64,000 nucleotides of DNA from positions 39,790 through 103,789 of the forward strand of contig CASGAQ010000002.1 in the NCBI GenBank assembly GCA_949299535.1, in the 5' to 3' direction. The position numbers and the translations under genes are program-made. Positions 59,401 through 64,000 of this stretch are shown in pieces. Position 1 is the stretch's first letter. Each line of letters opens with the position of its first letter. Under the pieces are notes generated by a model that did no database searches, had not been told where the DNA came from, and was given only the letters and a program-made list of their open reading frames with translations. This DNA comes from an uncultured Eubacteriales bacterium (GTDB lineage: Bacteria; Bacillota; Clostridia; Oscillospirales; CAG-272).

Positions 59401-60078
59401 GTTTGTCTGTATGCACATAAGAACTGCTTGAGTGTCGGCGTCGGCGCGGCGAAGATAATGCACGTCGTTTGTTGCGACGAGAGGTATGCCCGTTTTATTA
59501 TGCATGGCGAGAAGGGCTTGGCAAACTTCTCTTTGACCGTTCATTCCGTGCTCCTGGAGTTCAAGATAAAAATTGCCTCTGCCGAATATGCTGTCGAGCA
59601 TGAGCGCGTGATCTTCGGCTTTTTCAAAGTCTCCTGCAAGAATCGCTCTCGGTATAGCTCCGGCAAGACAGGCGGAAAGGCAAATAAGTCCTTCGCTGTG
59701 CGCTCTCAGAAGTTCGAGGTCTATACGCGGCTTCACATAAAAACCTTCGGTATAACCTTTTGATACCATAAAACACAGGTTTTTATATCCCGTTTCATTC
59801 TTGCAGAGCAGAACGAGGTGGTTACGCAAAGCTCCGTCGTTTCGGTCTTTATCGAAGCGGGATCCGGAGGCAACGTAGACTTCGCATCCGATGATAGGCT
59901 TTATTCCCGCGCTCTTGCACGCTTTGTAGAACTCTACGACGCCGAACATCGCGCCGTGGTCTGTTATAGCTACGGCCGAATGTCCGTTTTGCGCCGCGGT
60001 TTTCGGTATTTCCGAAATTCTGCACGCACCGTCAAGCAAGCTGTATTCCGAGTGCAGATGAAGATGTACAAAAGACAT
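56476..60078 (-). CDS. dnaE: DNA polymerase III subunit alpha
   Basis: 1200 aa. PHP domain FVHLHLHSEYSLLDGA, with polymerase core and OB-fold regions. Confidence 0.97.
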   Translation of the reverse strand: MSFVHLHLHSEYSLLDGACRISEIPKTAAQNGHSAVAITDHGAMFGVVEFYKACKSAGIKPIIGCEVYVASGSRFDKDRNDGALRNHLVLLCKNETGYKNLCFMVSKGYTEGFYVKPRIDLELLRAHSEGLICLSACLAGAIPRAILAGDFEKAEDHALMLDSIFGRGNFYLELQEHGMNGQREVCQALLAMHNKTGIPLVATNDVHYLRRADADTQAVLMCIQTNSKISDGRPFGFETDEFYYKSTSEMEKLFSAYPEACENTQKIADMCNFDFEFGKIYQPRFKPETGESPEEYLTRLANEGFKNKISSGAINFSEKHPKSEYRERIDYELSVICRMGYAEYYLIVNDFIAAAKKRGIPTGPGRGSGAGSLVAYLCGITDVDSIKYDLMFERFLNPERISMPDFDTDFCYDRRGEVIDYVSKKYGADHVCGIATFGTLSAKAVIRDVGRALGMSYADVDVVAKAVPDDLHVTLADAMLGRVGEMYKNSEEVKKLIDISMSLEGMPRHVSAHAAGIVITERPVYEYVPVAVSSDMTLTQFTMDTIAELGLLKFDFLGLRYLTIISDTEKQIREKEPDFDITSIPTDDKKTYELLSQGKTEGLFQLESAGMRKLLTGMQPRNIEDIVLAIAIYRPGPMSSIPTFLENRRNPDKVSYKCEALKEILSGTSGCIIYQEQVMEICRRLAGFSLGRADIIRRAMGKKKSGEMEKERNAFIYGEKDENGNVLCEGAVARGLSEKDAEEIFDSMASFAKYAFNKNHATPYAYISYRTAYLKTHYPCEYFAALISSVSDNITKSASYIEEAKKIRIEVFGPDINESRKTYHVTTDKSGRKSIRFGLLGIKSVGDAFLSQVIAERDENGPYSSFVDFVKRMSKYEINKRQIESLIFSGAFDSLGIKRSALHSEYEKIIDIYVRRAREQNTDQMNLFTMDNLCARETFGETDAYDYPDIPEYSVKEKLRQEKELTGMYFSGHPLDDYSEYIENIIPMPIGAILASFSEEEAENDIIPFADKQKVKLCGIITSKTVKTTKNGASMAFLTLEDKTGEIELIIFPKIFADSSHILTKDSAVCLRGEISAEENREPKILVSAINLLAEGLPEENPAASAPQKETTAKHGQTAPTPLRQEPTKQQKIYLKVPDKEGKLFTQVMSVISIFEGATPVVIYNEKEKKYEKYSVGTDIRPNMLSYLKKLLGNDGVVIK

Positions 60079-60101
60079 TCCTTATCACCTTCTTTGAATC
60101 T

Positions 60102-61007
60102 TTATTTTTTCTCTTTGCAGAGTTCATGAAATTTCATTATTTTGGAGAGTATCTTGCTCACCTGGGATTTGGATATGGGCGGCTGCATAAGCTCGCCGAG
60201 TTCCTTTTGCGACATATCGTCATGCTCTGTGCGAAGGTTTGCAAGCATCTGCATCTGCGGCGTCATCTGATCGAATTTGCCATAGGCGCGTATCTCGCTT
60301 ATGGCGTTTATCTGGGCGTTTGCCGCGTCAACTGTCTTGCCGAGGTTTGCTACCTCAAAGTTTGACTGCCTGTTTGCCTGATTGCGAAGTTCTCTTTTTA
60401 TCTGTTCGGACATGATATCCATAGCGGCTTTCGACGCGCCTATGAAAGTGAGAAAATCCTCTACGAGCGCGCTTTCGCGGTAATATATTATCTGGTTTGA
60501 CTTTCTTGCAGAGATCTTGGGCATGCCTATCTTCTCTGAAAGCAGAACCGCGGTGTCCACGGCGAGATCCGCGTGAGGCGATGAAATTTCCAAATGATAG
60601 GAATGTTCCGGAGAATTTACGAATCCTGCGGCAAGGAACGCTCCGCGTATATAGGCGGAGGCGCATTTTTCACATTTAAAAAGTTCTTTGTTGACTTTAT
60701 GTATATTTTTTTCGCCGCCGAACAGGGAAAAGAGCTTTTTTAAAGAAGTTTTGTCGGTTATTTCAGTTTTGTAAGTCGTGACGGTCTTTTTTTCGCTCAT
60801 TTCCGGCGTTGCCGCCGTATCCGTGCATATGAGAAGAAGTGAGGTGAATATATCCGAAACTTCAGGTGTTTCAGTGATGAATCTGAGTCCTTTTTCGTCA
60901 AATGAGGCGCTGTATGAAAGCATTGCGCGAAGCTGTGTGGAAGCGCAGCAGTCGCGCTCCGGCGGCAGCGACGAAACAGATGCTTTTGTATTTCCTGAAA
61001 AAGACAT
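60102..61007 (-). CDS. whiA: DNA-binding protein WhiA
   Basis: 301 aa. LAGLIDADG-like degenerate middle domain and a C-terminal HTH (MSQKELGELMQPPISKSQVSKIL). Confidence 0.9.
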   Translation of the reverse strand: MSFSGNTKASVSSLPPERDCCASTQLRAMLSYSASFDEKGLRFITETPEVSDIFTSLLLICTDTAATPEMSEKKTVTTYKTEITDKTSLKKLFSLFGGEKNIHKVNKELFKCEKCASAYIRGAFLAAGFVNSPEHSYHLEISSPHADLAVDTAVLLSEKIGMPKISARKSNQIIYYRESALVEDFLTFIGASKAAMDIMSEQIKRELRNQANRQSNFEVANLGKTVDAANAQINAISEIRAYGKFDQMTPQMQMLANLRTEHDDMSQKELGELMQPPISKSQVSKILSKIMKFHELCKEKK

Positions 61008-61020
61008 TGCATATTATCCT

Positions 61021-61923
61021 TTACTTAACATAGATTATTTCAAGTTCGAGCATTATGCCGAACTTCATAAAAACTTCGCGTTTTATCATATCCGTAAGTG
61101 CCAATACGTCCGACGATGTGGCTTCCCCGGTGTTTATAACAAATCCTGCGTGCTTTTCGGAAACTTTCGCGCCTCCTATGCACACGCCTTTAAGTCCTGC
61201 GTCTTCGATAAGTTTTCCTGCAAACGCGTCTTTGGGACGCTTGAACGTACTGCCCGCGCTTGGAAATGACAGAGGTTGTTTTGAACGCCGTTTCTCCGCG
61301 TTTTCTTTCATGAGAGCTTCTATATCCTCTTTGTTTCCTTTTCGGAGTTTAAAACTCGAAGAAAGCAAGACGGCTCCGTTTTTTTGAAATATACTGCTTC
61401 GGTAGGAGAACTCATGTTCCGCTGAGGAAAGAACGGATATCTCTCCCGTCTGAGGGAAAAGACAGGTGCTTTCGATAAGTATGTTTGATATATCGCCGCC
61501 GTAAGCTCCTGCGTTCATGTAAACGGCGCCGCCGACCGTTCCGGGAATACCGTATGCGAACTCAAGACCCGAAAGAGAGTTCTTTGCGGCAAGAAGCGAA
61601 AGCGAGGTGAGCCGAGCGCCGCTTCCGCACGTTATTGCGTCGCCTTTTACCTGTGTTTTCGAGAGTCTGCCGGTGAATATCAGGAGTCCGCTGACTCCTT
61701 GGCTGTCGAAGAGCACGTTGGATCCGTTTCCGAAGACGCGCGTCTGCAAGCCTTCTTTTCGTGACAGGAAGATGAGATCGGCAAGTTCTTGCTCGTTTTG
61801 AGGGAATGCTGCAAATTCCGCTTTCCCGCCTATTTTGAAAGTGCTGTGCCCGGACAGCTCAAAATCTTTGTAAAACTCATTGCAGAGCTTTTTTGCGCTT
61901 TCGTAAAATGAGTTGCTTGCCAT
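61021..61923 (-). CDS. murB: UDP-N-acetylenolpyruvoylglucosamine reductase
   Basis: FKIGG, GNGSN, PGTVGGAVYMNAGAYG and AGSTFKRP motifs. Confidence 0.95.
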   Translation of the reverse strand: MASNSFYESAKKLCNEFYKDFELSGHSTFKIGGKAEFAAFPQNEQELADLIFLSRKEGLQTRVFGNGSNVLFDSQGVSGLLIFTGRLSKTQVKGDAITCGSGARLTSLSLLAAKNSLSGLEFAYGIPGTVGGAVYMNAGAYGGDISNILIESTCLFPQTGEISVLSSAEHEFSYRSSIFQKNGAVLLSSSFKLRKGNKEDIEALMKENAEKRRSKQPLSFPSAGSTFKRPKDAFAGKLIEDAGLKGVCIGGAKVSEKHAGFVINTGEATSSDVLALTDMIKREVFMKFGIMLELEIIYVK

Positions 61924-62282
61924 GCTTTGCTCCCTTTAATTATTGTAGATTTTAACTTATATAATGTTATGAATAAAGTATATCAAAAAAAATATGTTTT
62001 GGCTATATCATTTGCGGAAAAATCCGAGGGGAATATTTTAATTTTTTCTTTATGGTCTGTGCATTTTGATAATTATGACTGAAAGATATCCGAAAAATCA
62101 ACATGTTTAACAAAAAATTCAAAAATTCCTAAAAACTACTTCCGATCGCTTGAATTTACTGATTTTATATTGTATAATATTAACAAAATATAGTACATAA
62201 TATTAAGTTTGCCGATTTTATAATTGTGATCTTACATAGCGTCATAGTGAAAAAGGCAAAAAAATTGATCAACGGAGGGTAT

Positions 62283-64000
62283 ATGGAGAATACAAAATCT
62301 GATCTTGCCGCTTATCTTTTCTGTCAGGGTACCAATACCCACGCCTATGAATATATGGGTGTTCATACGACGAAAGAAGACGGAGTTTATAACTACGTTT
62401 TCCGTGTGTGGGCTCCAAACGCTTTCAATATTTTCGTCTGCGGCGACTTCAACGATTGGGACGATTCCGTTCCCATGGAAAAAGACTGGGATTCCGGGAT
62501 ATGGATCGCTGTGATCTCAAGTAAAAAAAGCCTTGACGGCAAAAGATATAAATACAAGATCATAGGTAAAAACGGCACTCATATGAAAGCGGATCCATAT
62601 GCGTTTTACAACGAAACTCTGAAGAAGACCGCTTCCGTTATATGCGATATCAGTGATTTTAAATGGCATGACGAAGAGTGGCGAAAAAATGCGAAAAAAC
62701 GTTTCGGAACGTGTCAAAATCATTTTTATTCTGCGCCTATGAACATCTATGAGATGCATCTGGGTTCATGGAAGACAAGGGACGGCAAAACGAACAAGGA
62801 CGGCGACGCATATCTTAATTACCGTGAGATAGCGGATAAGCTTGCTCCTTATCTTACGGATATGGGATACACTCATGTGGAACTAATGCCGATAGCAGAG
62901 CATCCGTTCGACGGCTCATGGGGATATCAAGTATGCGGATATTATTCTCCTACTTCCCGCTTCGGCAAACCGGAGGATTTTGCTTACTTTGTAGATAAGC
63001 TTCACGACAGCGGCATAGGTGTGATATTGGACTGGGTGCCGGCGCATTTTCCCAAGGACGAACATGGACTTTATGAATTTGACGGAGACCTGCTTTACGA
63101 ATATAAGGGCAGGGATCGTATGGAGCATAAGGGCTGGGGCACGAGATGTTTCGACGTCGGTTATCCTGCGGTGCAGTCTTTCCTTATTTCCAACGCGTTG
63201 TTCTGGCTCAGAGAATATCATATAGACGGACTTCGCGTAGACGCGGTGGCGTCCATGCTGTATCTCGATTACGACAGGGAACCCGGCGAATGGATACCGA
63301 ACAAGTACGGTGAAAACAAGAACTTAGAGGCGATAGCATTTTTTCAGAAACTCAATAAAGAGATCTTTGCAGAATTTCCTTATGCGCTTATGATAGCGGA
63401 AGAATCCACCTCATGGGCAAATATTACAAAGCCTGTTCATGAAGGCGGTTTGGGTTTCAACTTCAAATGGAATATGGGCTGGGCGAACGATATGTTCGAA
63501 TATGTTTCCGTCGACCCGTTTTTCAGAAAAGGCTGCCACTCAAAGCTTACTTTCCCCATGATGTATGCTTTTACGGAAAATTTCATACTTCCGGTTTCGC
63601 ATGACGAGGTCGTGCACGGAAAAAAATCTCTTATTGACAAAATGTACGGCGCATACGAAGAAAAGTTCCATATGATGAGAGCCTTTCTCGGATATATGAT
63701 GACCTTTCCTGGAAAGAAGCTTCTCTTTATGGGAACGGAATATGCGCCTTTCCGCGAGTGGGATTATGAAAATCAGTTGGAATGGTTCATGCTCGATTAT
63801 CCGAAACATTCCGAAATGAAACTATATGTAAAAGCGCTGAATAATTTTTATAAATCATCTCCCTCGCTCTGGGAAATAGACGATTCATGGGAAGGATTCA
63901 GATGGATAGACGCAGATCTGAACGAACTCAATATAATTTCTTATCGCAGAATAGATGCAAAAGGAAATGAATATATTGTAGTTATCAATTTTTCTCCGGC
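62283..64000 (+). CDS. glgB: 1,4-alpha-glucan branching enzyme (3' end outside window)
   Basis: Not in the ORF track because it runs off the window. Translation from the ATG at 62283 (RBS ggaggg) gives GVHT...FRVWAP, HPFDGSWGYQ, DWVPAHF, GLRVDAVASMLY, AEEST and SHDEVVHGK GH13 motifs with no stop to nt 64000. Confidence 0.93.
   Translation, partial: MENTKSDLAAYLFCQGTNTHAYEYMGVHTTKEDGVYNYVFRVWAPNAFNIFVCGDFNDWDDSVPMEKDWDSGIWIAVISSKKSLDGKRYKYKIIGKNGTHMKADPYAFYNETLKKTASVICDISDFKWHDEEWRKNAKKRFGTCQNHFYSAPMNIYEMHLGSWKTRDGKTNKDGDAYLNYREIADKLAPYLTDMGYTHVELMPIAEHPFDGSWGYQVCGYYSPTSRFGKPEDFAYFVDKLHDSGIGVILDWVPAHFPKDEHGLYEFDGDLLYEYKGRDRMEHKGWGTRCFDVGYPAVQSFLISNALFWLREYHIDGLRVDAVASMLYLDYDREPGEWIPNKYGENKNLEAIAFFQKLNKEIFAEFPYALMIAEESTSWANITKPVHEGGLGFNFKWNMGWANDMFEYVSVDPFFRKGCHSKLTFPMMYAFTENFILPVSHDEVVHGKKSLIDKMYGAYEEKFHMMRAFLGYMMTFPGKKLLFMGTEYAPFREWDYENQLEWFMLDYPKHSEMKLYVKALNNFYKSSPSLWEIDDSWEGFRWIDADLNELNIISYRRIDAKGNEYIVVINFSP

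Overview
The window looks like a core chromosomal segment of a low-to-medium GC Firmicute. A Clostridia-type origin is my inference from gene content: hrcA-grpE-dnaK-dnaJ-prmA with a CIRCE operator, FabK-type fab cluster, WhiA, PurO-type IMP cyclohydrolase, and ATA/CTT-rich codon usage. Most of it is housekeeping. In order: ABC exporter 3' end and pdxK; a GT2 synthase with a two-component system, a GH27 alpha-galactosidase and a large membrane protein; a TPP-riboswitch thiT-thiN operon; the dnaK heat-shock operon; a CdaR-like regulator, ctpA, greA and lysS; gpsA; a ZTP-riboswitch purE-purC-purM-purN-purO-purH-purD-purL-fhs operon; a GT8-DedA fusion and a SodC-like protein; a fab/acc operon ending in an AMP-ligase; tRNA-Ser(GGA); a sugar-phosphate isomerase and a LOG-family protein; an ECF sigma/anti-sigma/lipoprotein trio; PBP1A, dnaE, whiA, murB and the glgB 5' part. 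I found no rRNA, CRISPR array, transposase, integrase or prophage genes. The best candidate for something undescribed is at 23.8-25.0 kb: a second Gre-factor paralog separated by 1 nt from (probably translationally coupled to) an sce7726-like PD-(D/E)xK-motif protein, with its own promoter and terminator. It sits next to a compositionally foreign segment that replaced the 3' end of lysS, adding a MetRS-C/Trbp111-like tRNA-binding domain and bringing a GNAT gene. Other items worth a second look are the GT8-TVP38/DedA fusion, a fab operon lacking fabH/accB/accC, paired TTGAC-N2-GTCAA palindromes at the acpP promoter, a tandemly repeated -35/A-tract promoter array, a structured fabG-fabF intergenic element, and a response regulator with no canonical start codon. 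All family assignments come from reading motifs in the translations. No database search was run.
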